A stretch of DNA of 64,000 bases, taken from an uncultured Methanosarcinales archaeon. GTDB taxonomy: Archaea; Nanobdellota; Nanobdellia; Woesearchaeales; CAYPCY01. The notes under the pieces were generated by a model that was not told the DNA's origin, searched no databases, and saw only the letters and a list, made by a program, of their open reading frames with translations. Location: NCBI GenBank assembly GCA_964409385.1, contig CAYPCY010000001.1, forward strand, positions 170,546 to 234,545. Reading direction: 5' to 3'. Numbering within the stretch: position 1 is the first letter of the stretch; each line of letters begins with the position of its first letter. Position numbers and translations under genes: made by a program. Shown piece by piece: positions 8,313 through 18,713 of this stretch.

Positions 8313-10520
8313 CTAACCAAGCCTAGACACAATAGTTCCTGCAACAAGATTAAAAATTATCATTACAACTAATGCTATGAATGAATAAAGAACAGTACTT
8401 CTAATAAGATTTTGACCTTTTAAGAAACGCTCTTGCAAAACATCAGAACCATTTTCTATCCCATTAACTAATTCTGTAAGTATGAAAACTAGCTGAACAA
8501 CATATATTCCAACTATTATCTGAAAGTAGAAACTCGGAATTCCCTGCCCAAAAACGATCAGATTTGTTAATCCAGCTCCTGCAGTCATTTCAGTACCTTG
8601 ATCCTGCATTGCAGTCATTTGTTCCGATAAACTCCCAAGAATAGTTGTAATCATTGAAGTTATTCCAATAACAATACCTGCTATTGCAGGGGTTAAGAAC
8701 GAAATTTGACTTTTCATATTACTTATTATATCTGACATTAAATCTTTGAGTCTTTCATTAACCCTGTGTATTTCCTTAATATATCTTGAAACATTAATTA
8801 TTGCATAAGATGCTATTCTAGGACCTTTTCTAGCGCTTTCAGTTAGAACTTTCATGGCACTTTCTATCACACTACTAGGATATTTTGTTAAAGATCCTAC
8901 TTTATTATCAAAAATTGCATCTTCAACACTCATTCCTAACTTGTTAATATTTAATGATGTCATTCTAAAGAACTTTCCAGAATTTGTTCCTTCCATAACA
9001 TTTGCTACTTTACTAAATGCTATTTCTGCAGGTAGTCCATCACCCAACCTATTTCCTAATTGGAAAAGTGCAGAAGCAAATTCTTTTTCTAAATTTCTAG
9101 TTTCATCCCTAATTTTTATAACATTCTTACTTCTTAACTTGTAAAATAATCCTGCGCCTAGACCAACTCCAAGAACTATTAACAAACTCATTATCCCAGC
9201 ACCAACACCATAAGGTCCTATAATTCCTGTTTCTGTAGCTCTATACCCAAGAAATTTAAATCCTGGAAGTATTTCTGATTCTGCAAGCAATGCTTCTGAA
9301 CTAAATACCAATTTTGCCAGTAAAGGTGTCAATCCAATAAATATTAATATTCCTGCAACAGCTATTGAAAAAACCAGTGGATTTATTAAAAATTCTTTAT
9401 TGCCAAGTTTTAATCTGACATTCTTATATCTTTTCATTCCAGACTCTTCTGAAATATCTGATTCTCCATAACCTGTTGGTCTTTTCGCAAGTATTGTTCT
9501 TCCTAAATAATAAACTCCTACAGGTATTATTAGATTGTATAAGAAAGCTATATGATACCATTCTATCCCATCCATAAATGATACTGCTAATGGCAGTATA
9601 ACAAGACCTAATATTGGCAAAACAACTCCCAACATATGAAGCATTGTTATTGGACTTTGAAGATCATGTGCATAATGTAACATTTTCTCATAAGTTTCAT
9701 CTAACATAACAGTTAATGATTTTTCTAACGAGTCAATTCTTCTTTCTTCTGACGGTTCGTATAATGAACTTTCTATCAAGTGCATAGCTTCAATAAATTC
9801 CATATTCCACTTTTTCCAAGTGTCTAAATACCTATCTAATGATTCTTTTATAGATCCGAATTTTTCAGTTTCTACATCCCATAATACTTTTTTCAAATCA
9901 TAAGACAATGGCGCCTTTAATCTTTCTGCAGCAAAATTAATTGCTAGTTCAAGATTTGAAGTATGCCTCATGTAAGTAACGATATAGAAAACACATAATA
10001 CCATTTGATTACTTGCTTTTAATCTCCAATTATTAGCTAAGAATATAGGAACTTTTTTCAGTGGCATTATGAAAACTATTGCTATTACTAATGATAATGC
10101 AACAATGAACAAACTAGCAGTGCCAAATAATATAAATGGAATTAGAAAAAAAATCAATATTATACTCATCACTAACACTAAAGGTCCTAATATTGCAAAA
10201 CTTATTACGCCTTTAGGAGTTATGTTCAAATGAGAAATTCTTATTGATTCTTCCATTTCTGGAATATCTTTCTTGTCAGGAGATATAGGTAATATTTTTT
10301 CTGATAGGTTGCATGCTTTTTCATAAAAGCTTTCTTTTTTTGGAATATATGATTCTTTGAATTGTTTATATTCTCTAGAAGAAACAGGTCCGGTAGTTTC
10401 TTGTTTTTTTCCTAGACCTTCCTGTATCTTCTTGCCAAATTCTCTTGACAAATCTCTTATTCTTTCTTTTGCTACTTCTGCTTCCTCTTTTTTACTTCTC
10501 TTTTCAGCCATTCTTTCCAT
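8313..10520 (-). CDS. Type II/IV secretion (T4P) membrane platform protein, TadC/ArlJ-like (start may be 10511)
   Basis: Multi-TM with two GspF-like cytoplasmic lobes (SNLELAINFAA; LFQLGNRLGDGLPAE); directly downstream of secretion ATPase. Confidence 0.8.
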   Translation of the reverse strand: MERMAEKRSKKEEAEVAKERIRDLSREFGKKIQEGLGKKQETTGPVSSREYKQFKESYIPKKESFYEKACNLSEKILPISPDKKDIPEMEESIRISHLNITPKGVISFAILGPLVLVMSIILIFFLIPFILFGTASLFIVALSLVIAIVFIMPLKKVPIFLANNWRLKASNQMVLCVFYIVTYMRHTSNLELAINFAAERLKAPLSYDLKKVLWDVETEKFGSIKESLDRYLDTWKKWNMEFIEAMHLIESSLYEPSEERRIDSLEKSLTVMLDETYEKMLHYAHDLQSPITMLHMLGVVLPILGLVILPLAVSFMDGIEWYHIAFLYNLIIPVGVYYLGRTILAKRPTGYGESDISEESGMKRYKNVRLKLGNKEFLINPLVFSIAVAGILIFIGLTPLLAKLVFSSEALLAESEILPGFKFLGYRATETGIIGPYGVGAGIMSLLIVLGVGLGAGLFYKLRSKNVIKIRDETRNLEKEFASALFQLGNRLGDGLPAEIAFSKVANVMEGTNSGKFFRMTSLNINKLGMSVEDAIFDNKVGSLTKYPSSVIESAMKVLTESARKGPRIASYAIINVSRYIKEIHRVNERLKDLMSDIISNMKSQISFLTPAIAGIVIGITSMITTILGSLSEQMTAMQDQGTEMTAGAGLTNLIVFGQGIPSFYFQIIVGIYVVQLVFILTELVNGIENGSDVLQERFLKGQNLIRSTVLYSFIALVVMIIFNLVAGTIVSRLG

Positions 10521-12736
10521 TCAAAAAATATTTTTTCACTATCTAAAAAACCTGTTTTTTCCTTTACACTATCACTAAGTCTGTGAAATTGATCATTTGC
10601 TTGAACTACAAATTCTGCTTCTAACATTTCAGAATCTTTTTCTTTATCTGAAACGTTTACAATATGCTGTTTAACTTTTGCTCTTAAAAGTATATTATCC
10701 CATAATGCATCCCAATTTCCAGCCCATTCTTTAACATTTCCTGCTATTGACTTTAATATTTCACTCTCTCCATTCATTAAGTCTGGAGTTGGTTTTAGCT
10801 CATCATCTTTAGAATCGTACATCATCAAATTAATAAAACCATTCTCTGACAGTGGATCTTCTTCCCACTTTTTTCTTACTTCAGTAATTTGTGTTACTCT
10901 CCTCCATCTATGAAGGCCATCCCCACTCTTTATTGGATTTGCAACTATTATTATATCTGTCGCTTTAAAACTTGTTTTTGGAACTTCAAGATCATTAACT
11001 ACCCTGTCAAAAACTCCATATGGAGAATCGCCGTGTATTGTTCCTGCAACAACATTTGCTAATGCTCCCACCCTCATTGCTTCGTAAAGTGCTTTAGCTT
11101 CAGTACTTCTAACTTCTCCTACTATTAATGCGGAATCACCCATTCTTAATGTTGTTCTTATTCCCTCATCAGCCGGAACTTCTGTTGTTCCTTTTGTTAG
11201 AGCAGATGCCACTTTCATATGTTGAATATTATAGTTTAAGTCTCTTAATTGTCTTACAGGTAATTCTAGAGTATCTTCTATTGTTATTATTCTATATTTT
11301 CTCATTATTTCAACTAGTAAACTTCCTAATAGTGAAGATTTACCTGCACTTCTGGTTCCTGCAACTAGTAAAGTTCTATTACCATCTATTATGAAACTTA
11401 TTATTCCTGCAGCCAAAGGATTTAACATTTTATATTTTATAAATAATGGAAGAGTCCATGGTTTGTCTCTATGTCTTCTGAATGCAAATGCTAATCCTGT
11501 AGGATTTAGTGGTTTTGAAATTACACCAACTCTTGAATTAGCTACTCCTGGAATATTTATTTCAGTATCTAATATTGGATTTGCTTCATCTAATGGTCTT
11601 CCTGAAAGAAGTCTTAATTTTGTAGCCCATGATTCTGATTCTGTAATTGTTGGTAATATATTTGTTTTACATTCGTCATAATCTTGATGTACTAAAAACA
11701 TTGGACTCTGACCAACAGGACTATTTATTGTAACATCCTGGACTTTTTCGTCTTTCATAAGTATTTCTATAAGTCCAAATCCTACTGTGTACCTTACTAG
11801 TATTTCAGTTAGTGTTTTTTGTTTTTTTTCAGTGAGTTTTATATTTTTATAATTTGCAAGTTCTTCTATTAAGTCCTTTCCAACATTGAAGAATACTTCT
11901 CTCATTCTTTCAGGATTTACAAAGTCTGACTCTTCGGGTTGGTGTTCTGACAATACTGTTTTTGCACCGTCTAATATTTCATACTCGTCCTCTTCTAATT
12001 GAAATTCAGGTGGATTAATATGATAAAGGAATTGAATACTATCTTTTAGTTTGAAAATTACGACTGTTGTTTCTCCTACTTTGTAAGTGTCAACCTCTTC
12101 AGAATCTTTAGGAAAATCAGCCATTAATTTGGTATGCATAAAATCAGGCTTTATGGTTGGTTGAAATATTAATTTGTAAATTCCTCTATCTCCTACTTTG
12201 TATCCTTCAAGGTGTGGTCTGGCAATGCTTATTATTTTAGTTTTTTTTAATTGTTCTTCTAAACTGTTTAAAACTTCTATATATTGTTGTTGACTCTTTA
12301 CTTGTTCCTTATCAACTAATTTTTCAAATAGAATTCTTTCTCTTCTTATTAGTCTATGAAGTTTAACATAACTTCCTATAGGATCTTTTCTTAAAGTATT
12401 AAATATTATATCTTGAATATTATTATATCTAGATTCTGCATTTCCTTTTCCAAACTTTAATGTTTTAAAACTGAATATTTCTTTCTTTCTTACTAAACCA
12501 TCATATAATTTAGCTATTTCTTGTAAAATTATTACTTGAGCAAAGTCGTATTCATAATCTCTCTTTTGATGAAATACTATTTTTGTTGCATTTCCTACTT
12601 CCATTAGAGTATCTACTGCTTTCTCCATGGTTATTTCAGAATCTTCTATTGATGGGACATGAGGAATAGTTTCTGCATTTATTCTTATTATAGTATCTGT
12701 TCCTATTCTTTCAACTTCATAAGTATAATCTACCAT
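10472..12736 (-). CDS. Type II/IV secretion ATPase (VirB11/TadA/ArlI family)
   Basis: Walker A GTRSAGKS, TIEDTLEL, LIVGEVR, GTIHG, RRVTQITE. Confidence 0.92.
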   Translation of the reverse strand: MVDYTYEVERIGTDTIIRINAETIPHVPSIEDSEITMEKAVDTLMEVGNATKIVFHQKRDYEYDFAQVIILQEIAKLYDGLVRKKEIFSFKTLKFGKGNAESRYNNIQDIIFNTLRKDPIGSYVKLHRLIRRERILFEKLVDKEQVKSQQQYIEVLNSLEEQLKKTKIISIARPHLEGYKVGDRGIYKLIFQPTIKPDFMHTKLMADFPKDSEEVDTYKVGETTVVIFKLKDSIQFLYHINPPEFQLEEDEYEILDGAKTVLSEHQPEESDFVNPERMREVFFNVGKDLIEELANYKNIKLTEKKQKTLTEILVRYTVGFGLIEILMKDEKVQDVTINSPVGQSPMFLVHQDYDECKTNILPTITESESWATKLRLLSGRPLDEANPILDTEINIPGVANSRVGVISKPLNPTGLAFAFRRHRDKPWTLPLFIKYKMLNPLAAGIISFIIDGNRTLLVAGTRSAGKSSLLGSLLVEIMRKYRIITIEDTLELPVRQLRDLNYNIQHMKVASALTKGTTEVPADEGIRTTLRMGDSALIVGEVRSTEAKALYEAMRVGALANVVAGTIHGDSPYGVFDRVVNDLEVPKTSFKATDIIIVANPIKSGDGLHRWRRVTQITEVRKKWEEDPLSENGFINLMMYDSKDDELKPTPDLMNGESEILKSIAGNVKEWAGNWDALWDNILLRAKVKQHIVNVSDKEKDSEMLEAEFVVQANDQFHRLSDSVKEKTGFLDSEKIFFEWKEWLKREVKKRKQK

Positions 12737-12886
12737 AACACCCTCTTATATTTTTCAGCAGATTATGTATTTAAAACTTACGAAATCTTAAAGAGATTTC
12801 TAAGATAAAAATATAAAGAATATATTGTGTATATTAATTTTTGTAAAAAAGAAAATAATTAATACTAGTTTCTTTACTTTTTTATT

Positions 12887-13282
12887 ATGGCTGTTGAAAA
12901 ACCTACTTTTGAACCTGAAAAGAAAAAACCTGTTGATAATGCTATTCAAGCCACTTCTCTTAAAACTTCCGATCTTTCCAGGAAATTAAGGATGATGGAA
13001 GATAGATATTCTAGAATTAAGAAAAAAACAGAGTTTAACGAGTCCAGTTTGATTAGTTCCGAACAAGAGTTTAATAAGGAATTAAAAATTTTAATTGATG
13101 ATATTAATTCTTTAAAACAAGATTTTCTTGATTTGAACGAAAATGTTGATATTTTAAAGGAGGAACTATCAAATTCCGTTTCGAGACATGAGTTTAGAAG
13201 TTTACAAAAGTATGTTGATTATTGGGATAATTTTAATTTTTTAACGGAAAAGGACTTAGAAAAATATATAAAAGAAGAATGA
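12887..13282 (+). CDS. Coiled-coil protein, T4P-locus associated, unknown function
   Basis: Heptad-rich ORF; divergent from ATPase. Confidence 0.7.
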   Translation: MAVEKPTFEPEKKKPVDNAIQATSLKTSDLSRKLRMMEDRYSRIKKKTEFNESSLISSEQEFNKELKILIDDINSLKQDFLDLNENVDILKEELSNSVSRHEFRSLQKYVDYWDNFNFLTEKDLEKYIKEE

Positions 13283-13294
13283 TAGGTTGGTATT

Positions 13295-13870
13295 ATGGCT
13301 TTATTCGCTAATAAAGAGGTTGAGATTAAGAAACCCCCTGTTGATAAGGTTAGGGATATGAAACAACAAGGACTTTCTAATAATCAAATTATTGATAATT
13401 TACAAAAAGAAAATGTTCCTTCTTCACTAATTTTTGATGCTTTAAATCAGAGCGATATAAACCCAGAAACTCCTAAGGATGAACCTAAACTTTTAACTCC
13501 AAAGCCAAGTCCCACACTATCTACAGAAACTTCTTCCCAACCTAATAATGAAGAACTTATTGAGGCTATAATTGATGAAAAATGGAATGAACTTCTTAAG
13601 GATATTAATAAGATTATAGAATGGAAGAATCGTATGGATCAAAAAATTGCTGCAATGGATCAAAAAGTTTCTGATTTAAAGGGTGAATTTGATAAATTAC
13701 ATACTGCTGTTGTTGGTAAAGTTGGTGAGTATGACAAGAACATTTTAGAAGTTGGTTCTGATATTAAAGCTATGGAACAAGTTTTTAAGAAAATTCTTCC
13801 TTCTTTCACTGAAAATGTTAAGGAACTTTCTAGAATTACTAAAACTGTTAAAAAGAAAAAATCTTCTTAA
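13295..13870 (+). CDS. Coiled-coil protein with Pro-rich linker, T4P-locus associated
   Basis: N-terminal helical domain, PETPK...PKPSP linker, EELIEAIIDEKW then coiled coil. Confidence 0.7.
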   Translation: MALFANKEVEIKKPPVDKVRDMKQQGLSNNQIIDNLQKENVPSSLIFDALNQSDINPETPKDEPKLLTPKPSPTLSTETSSQPNNEELIEAIIDEKWNELLKDINKIIEWKNRMDQKIAAMDQKVSDLKGEFDKLHTAVVGKVGEYDKNILEVGSDIKAMEQVFKKILPSFTENVKELSRITKTVKKKKSS

Positions 13871-14433
13871 CGTTTTGGTCCTGCCGTTAAAAATAATATT
13901 GTGAACATTGCTATTAACAATAATGCTAACATTCCCAACACTTTAGGATGGAATAATGTTCTATAAAGATTTTTTGTGAATGAATCTGTTGCTGTAGTAT
14001 CTTCAGTATCAGCAATTATCGTCTCATTAGATTGTGTTTTATCCAATGCTAATTGTCCTATAGCGTTTGATAATGCAAAGATTAGAATTACCACTGATAA
14101 AACCACTGTCCAAGTTATTATTCTAGAATCTGCAGTTAGTGCAGCTTTTAATTCAGTCTCACCAGCTCCAAAAAGCCCCAATATTATAATTATGTTTAAT
14201 GCTATGAATCCTAGTATTAAATACCAAGGAAGTGCAAATTCTAAGACTGCCCTTGCAGCTCCAGAGAATAAAAATAATAAAGAAATAGCAAAGGATATTA
14301 TTGCATGAATTCCCCTATTATCTCCAAAGAATTTTAATTTTTCTAGTATTGCATATGTTGTTGCATAAACTAGTATGAAAAGCAAAGCTGGAGAGAAAAA
14401 ATCAAATAATGTAACATCCAAAATCGTTGCCAT
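13867..14433 (-). CDS. Multi-pass membrane protein, paralog 3 of 3
   Basis: Shares P-x-L-x-F...YAILEK-x-K-x-FG...IISF start with two upstream ORFs. Confidence 0.75.
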   Translation of the reverse strand: MATILDVTLFDFFSPALLFILVYATTYAILEKLKFFGDNRGIHAIISFAISLLFLFSGAARAVLEFALPWYLILGFIALNIIIILGLFGAGETELKAALTADSRIITWTVVLSVVILIFALSNAIGQLALDKTQSNETIIADTEDTTATDSFTKNLYRTLFHPKVLGMLALLLIAMFTILFLTAGPKR

Positions 14434-14434
14434 C

Positions 14435-15058
14435 TTATTTCGATAATACCTTTCCTAATTCTTCAAAGAATTTCCCTTTGCTAGCATTCTCTTTAGGAGG
14501 TTCTCTTACTATGAAATAAACTACCAGTCCAAATACTAATATTATCATTAGTAAAGATCTAGTCCTGTAATCTCCTAGAAAGCTTAACCAATAAGGCCAA
14601 TTATAGCCAAAAACTCCTGCTGATGCCAGAAATATAAATACTACCGCTGCCATTGAAAAAACTACTGCAAAACCTGATAAAGAGTTTGACTTGCTCAAAT
14701 CAGCTGGCCCACTCCATATTCCTAATAGTAAAAATAACATTACAATTGCTACTGTAACTAATGCAATACTAGGTAATGAATTATTTATTATGTTAACAAC
14801 ATCATACTGCATATTATAATAAGAACCATAAAATCCTCCAGTAACATGAGGTATAATTACTGATATTGAAATTATTAATGATACTATAACATTAAAGTTC
14901 TTTTTTGGCGTTCCATCCTCGTCAGCTCCAAGAATTTTTGATTTTTGTAATGCTGCATAAGTTATTACAAATATTAGGAAGAAAGGAAGTATTATATCCA
15001 TAACTCCTAAATCTTGTAGGAAATAAATAATATCAGATAATCCACCGTAGTAAGCCAT
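14435..15058 (-). CDS. Multi-pass membrane protein, paralog 2 of 3
   Basis: LGVMDIILPFFLIFVITYAALQKSKILG...NVIVSL; C-terminal IVREP. Confidence 0.75.
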   Translation of the reverse strand: MAYYGGLSDIIYFLQDLGVMDIILPFFLIFVITYAALQKSKILGADEDGTPKKNFNVIVSLIISISVIIPHVTGGFYGSYYNMQYDVVNIINNSLPSIALVTVAIVMLFLLLGIWSGPADLSKSNSLSGFAVVFSMAAVVFIFLASAGVFGYNWPYWLSFLGDYRTRSLLMIILVFGLVVYFIVREPPKENASKGKFFEELGKVLSK

Positions 15059-15086
15059 TTTACTAAATTAATTGATTTGTACTATT

Positions 15087-15635
15087 TTAATCTTTTGCTT
15101 TTTCTTTCTTTTGAGGTTCTCTGACTACTAGCCATATTCCTCCTACTATTACTGCTAAGAAGACAAATGATGAAAATATTTGCGAATTATAATTGCTTAA
15201 TGCCCATTCATAAGCAATATCTAACCACCCTAATTGACCTAGAAATACTAGCATTATTCCAACAAACAAAATTACATAAAAGACATTCTGCCATCCTTTT
15301 GAAAGAGCAAATTCTTCCTCGCCAGTATGGAATGTTCCTACAAGCAATAAAAATAATATTGGAAGTAATAGTAATAATACAAATTGTGCTATTGCACCTA
15401 ATGCAACACCTACTAATTTTGAGGATGCTACGAATGTTAATGCCATGGCAAAGGCAACTATTGAATTAAGTCCTTTTTTTGGATATAATTCATCCCTTAT
15501 TTTTTCCATCCCGAAGATTTTAGTCTTCTCTAGAATTGCAAAAACTATCGTGAAAACCAGTAAGAAAGGCATTATTACGTCAAAAACTCCTAAAGTATCA
15601 AAAAAATCTAAGGTATTCCTGAATGATGACGCCAT
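15087..15635 (-). CDS. Multi-pass membrane protein, paralog 1 of 3
   Basis: LGVFDVIMPFLLVFTIVFAILEKTKIFG...NSIVAF; C-terminal VVREP. Confidence 0.75.
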   Translation of the reverse strand: MASSFRNTLDFFDTLGVFDVIMPFLLVFTIVFAILEKTKIFGMEKIRDELYPKKGLNSIVAFAMALTFVASSKLVGVALGAIAQFVLLLLLPILFLLLVGTFHTGEEEFALSKGWQNVFYVILFVGIMLVFLGQLGWLDIAYEWALSNYNSQIFSSFVFLAVIVGGIWLVVREPQKKEKAKD

Positions 15636-15735
15636 GGTTTGAATTGTGAGAAATTAATATATAAACCTTTCTGTTAAGTTAAAGTAATATAATTTCTTAA
15701 CAACATTTTTATAAGTTAAGTTTTTCCTTTTAATC

Positions 15736-16287
15736 ATGATTAACTCTAAAGAATTGGGTCAAATTAACAAAAGATTAAGAACTTATGATTCTAAGAGAGA
15801 AATTTTAATTAAAAAATCTCGTGATGTTCTAAAACTTAGTAAAGAAATTATTTTTGGTTTACATCGTGGCTCTTCAGTTGAGGGTAAAATTAAATTAATT
15901 AGACAAGAGGTTAAAAAATTAAATATTGAGACTGAGGGTTCTTATAAGATTGCAATCCAGGAGTATGTTGAGGCATTGGCATTTCATAAATTTGTTAATT
16001 CCAGAAAATTATTAACTTTGAAAGAAGCTAAAGTTTCAGACAATCTTTATTTGCTTGGAATAATGGATTTATCTGGAGAAATTTTTAGATATGCTATGAA
16101 TTCTGCTATTAAGGGGGATTATAAAACTCCTGTTGTTTGTCTTGAATTCCTTGATTCTTTATATGGTAGTTTATTAAAATTTGATATTAGAAGGTCTGAA
16201 TTAAGGAAAAAGTTTGATTCTATAAAATATGATCTTCAAAAGCTTGAAAATCTTGTTTTAAACCTAAAACTTAAAAATAGGGATTAA
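15736..16287 (+). CDS. Translin/TRAX (C3PO) family protein
   Basis: REILIKKSRD, QEYVEA, YLLGIMDLSGE, LRKKFD. Confidence 0.85.
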   Translation: MINSKELGQINKRLRTYDSKREILIKKSRDVLKLSKEIIFGLHRGSSVEGKIKLIRQEVKKLNIETEGSYKIAIQEYVEALAFHKFVNSRKLLTLKEAKVSDNLYLLGIMDLSGEIFRYAMNSAIKGDYKTPVVCLEFLDSLYGSLLKFDIRRSELRKKFDSIKYDLQKLENLVLNLKLKNRD

Positions 16288-16299
16288 ATCTTTAGTTTT

Positions 16300-17346
16300 A
16301 TGTATGACTCTAGTAAATTTTTGCATGTTGAAGATATTAAGGTAGATTCTAGTATTATTTCTTTAATGAAAGATGCTGAAAAAATTTATTTTGAGAATTT
16401 TGATGGTAATACTTGGTATGGTCGTTGTATTTTTATTAGTTGGTATTGTTCGATTGCAGATTGTACTTTTTGTTATCGTTCTACTCCTAAGCATGAGAAA
16501 ATGTTTCCTAAAACTTCCAGAAGATCCATGCATTCTATTCTTTTAGAAGCTTTATTTTGCAGAATTTTTAATTGGCGTATTGAATTTCTTACTGGTGGTT
16601 TGGGTATTATGTCCTTTAATGATTTATTAGAGATTGTTGAAAATGTTAGTAAGGTTTTTGGTAGGAAGATTTGGTTGAACCTTGGAGTTTTTTCTAGTAA
16701 ACATTTAGAATTGTTAAAACCTTATGTTTCTGGAATTTGTGGTAGTATGGAAACTTTAAATCCTGAATTACATAAGAAGATTTGTCCTAGTAAGCCTATT
16801 GAGCCTTATGATAAAATGTTTTCTAGAATGGATGGTTTTAGAAAGAGTATTGCAGTTATTGTTGGTCTTGGAGAATCTTTAGAGGATATTAAGTATTTGT
16901 TTGATTTTGTAGAAAAACACGATTTGAATAGAGTTACTATTTATGCTTTAAAACCTGTTAAGGGAACGGGGTTTATCGAAGGTCCTTCTGTTAACGAGCA
17001 TTTTTCTTGGATTTCTTCTTTAAGAATAAGATTTCCTAAATTAGAAATTATTGCTGGAACTAATCTTAGACGATGTGAAGAAGTCGGTTATTTAATGAAT
17101 TGCGGAGTTAATGCAATAACTAAATTTCCTGCCACTAAACAATTCGGAACTAAAAAAGCCCATTTAGTTCATGAACTTATTGAGAATGAAAATAGAAAGT
17201 TCATTAGTAATATTATAAATTATGAAGATATTGACTGGATTGATGAAATTGATAAAGTAGATATTAAACAAGAATATAAGGATGAAATGAAAAAAACTGT
17301 TGTTTCTTACATAAACACCTTCAAAAATCCTATAGATAAACTATAA
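16300..17346 (+). CDS. Radical SAM protein (BioB-like fold) with CX4CX2C motif
   Basis: [30 protein letters not shown]. Confidence 0.8.
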   Translation: MYDSSKFLHVEDIKVDSSIISLMKDAEKIYFENFDGNTWYGRCIFISWYCSIADCTFCYRSTPKHEKMFPKTSRRSMHSILLEALFCRIFNWRIEFLTGGLGIMSFNDLLEIVENVSKVFGRKIWLNLGVFSSKHLELLKPYVSGICGSMETLNPELHKKICPSKPIEPYDKMFSRMDGFRKSIAVIVGLGESLEDIKYLFDFVEKHDLNRVTIYALKPVKGTGFIEGPSVNEHFSWISSLRIRFPKLEIIAGTNLRRCEEVGYLMNCGVNAITKFPATKQFGTKKAHLVHELIENENRKFISNIINYEDIDWIDEIDKVDIKQEYKDEMKKTVVSYINTFKNPIDKL

Positions 17347-18609
17347 ATTTTCTATTAACTTATTTCCAAATTCTGAACATTTAACTTCTTGAGCACCAGT
17401 CATTATTCTTGCAAGATCATAAGTCACTATTTTTTCTTGTATGGTTTTTTTGAAAGAAGTTATTATTAAATCTGCTGCCGTATTCCATCCAATATGTTGT
17501 AACATCATAACTCCAGACAATAATAATGAACTAGGATTAACTTTATCTTTCCCTGCATATTTTGGGGCTGTTCCATGTGTTGCTTCGAATATCGCAATTC
17601 CTGTTTCATAATTTATATTTGCTCCTGGTGCTATTCCTATCCCCCCTACTTGTGCTGCTAATGCGTCAGAAATATAATCTCCGTTCAGATTCATTGTTGC
17701 GATTATATCGTATTCTTTTGGCCTTGTTAATATTTGTTGTAAGAATGCATCTGCTATAACATCTTTAATAATTATTTTTCCTTCATTTAATGATTTGGTT
17801 TGTTGTTTTTCTGCTTTTATTATTCCTTGTTCTTTTTTTATTTTATCATATTGATTCCATGTAAAAACCTTTTCTGAAAATTCTTTTTCTGCTAGTTCAT
17901 AACCCCATTTTTTAAATCCGCCTTCTGTAAATTTCATTATATTTCCTTTATGAACCAAGGTTATGCTTTTACTATTATTTTTTATTGCATGTTTTATTGC
18001 TGCTCTTACTAGCCTTTCAGTTCCTTCTTTTGAAATTATTTTTACGCCTATTCCTGAAGTTTCTGGAAATCTTATTGTTGTTGTTTTCATTTCATTTTTT
18101 AAGAAGTTTATTAGTTTTTTTGCTTCTTCACTTTCGGACTCCCATTCTATTCCTGCATAAATATCTTCAGAATTTTCTCTAAATACAGTCATATTAACTT
18201 GTTCTGGATTTTTCATTACTGAGGGTACTCCCTGAAAATATTTTACTTGTCTCAAGCAGGTGTATAAGTCGAGTTCTTGTCTTAAAGTAACATTCAAACT
18301 TCTGAATCCTTTTCCTACTGGTGTTGTCAACGGGCCTTTTATTGCAATATGATATTGTTTGATTTGTTCTAATGTCTCTTTTGGCAGGTATTCGCCTAAT
18401 TTTTCATATGCTTTTTCTCCTGCATAGATTTCTTTCCAAGATATTTTCTTTTCATTAGCGTATGCTTTTTTTACTGCATTATCTATTACTTGTTTTGTTA
18501 CAGTCCAAATATCTCTTCCTATCCCGTCTCCTTCAATAAATGGAATTATTGGATTGTTAGGTATTTTTAATTTATTATCTTCAAAAATTATTTGTTCTGG
18601 TTCATCCAT
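17341..18609 (-). CDS. icd: NADP-dependent isocitrate dehydrogenase
   Basis: [62 protein letters not shown]. Confidence 0.96.
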   Translation of the reverse strand: MDEPEQIIFEDNKLKIPNNPIIPFIEGDGIGRDIWTVTKQVIDNAVKKAYANEKKISWKEIYAGEKAYEKLGEYLPKETLEQIKQYHIAIKGPLTTPVGKGFRSLNVTLRQELDLYTCLRQVKYFQGVPSVMKNPEQVNMTVFRENSEDIYAGIEWESESEEAKKLINFLKNEMKTTTIRFPETSGIGVKIISKEGTERLVRAAIKHAIKNNSKSITLVHKGNIMKFTEGGFKKWGYELAEKEFSEKVFTWNQYDKIKKEQGIIKAEKQQTKSLNEGKIIIKDVIADAFLQQILTRPKEYDIIATMNLNGDYISDALAAQVGGIGIAPGANINYETGIAIFEATHGTAPKYAGKDKVNPSSLLLSGVMMLQHIGWNTAADLIITSFKKTIQEKIVTYDLARIMTGAQEVKCSEFGNKLIENL

Positions 18610-18713
18610 TTTATTTAGAATATTATTAGTATTATTAAAATTTGCTAAATTTCAAAATACCTTAAAAAAAAACAAGATACATATTTTTAAATCTCTTTTA
18701 CTTATTTAATTAT

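Noticed and set aside
8313..13870. Archaellum operon
   Set aside because: No archaellin, ArlH or ArlF/G recognisable.
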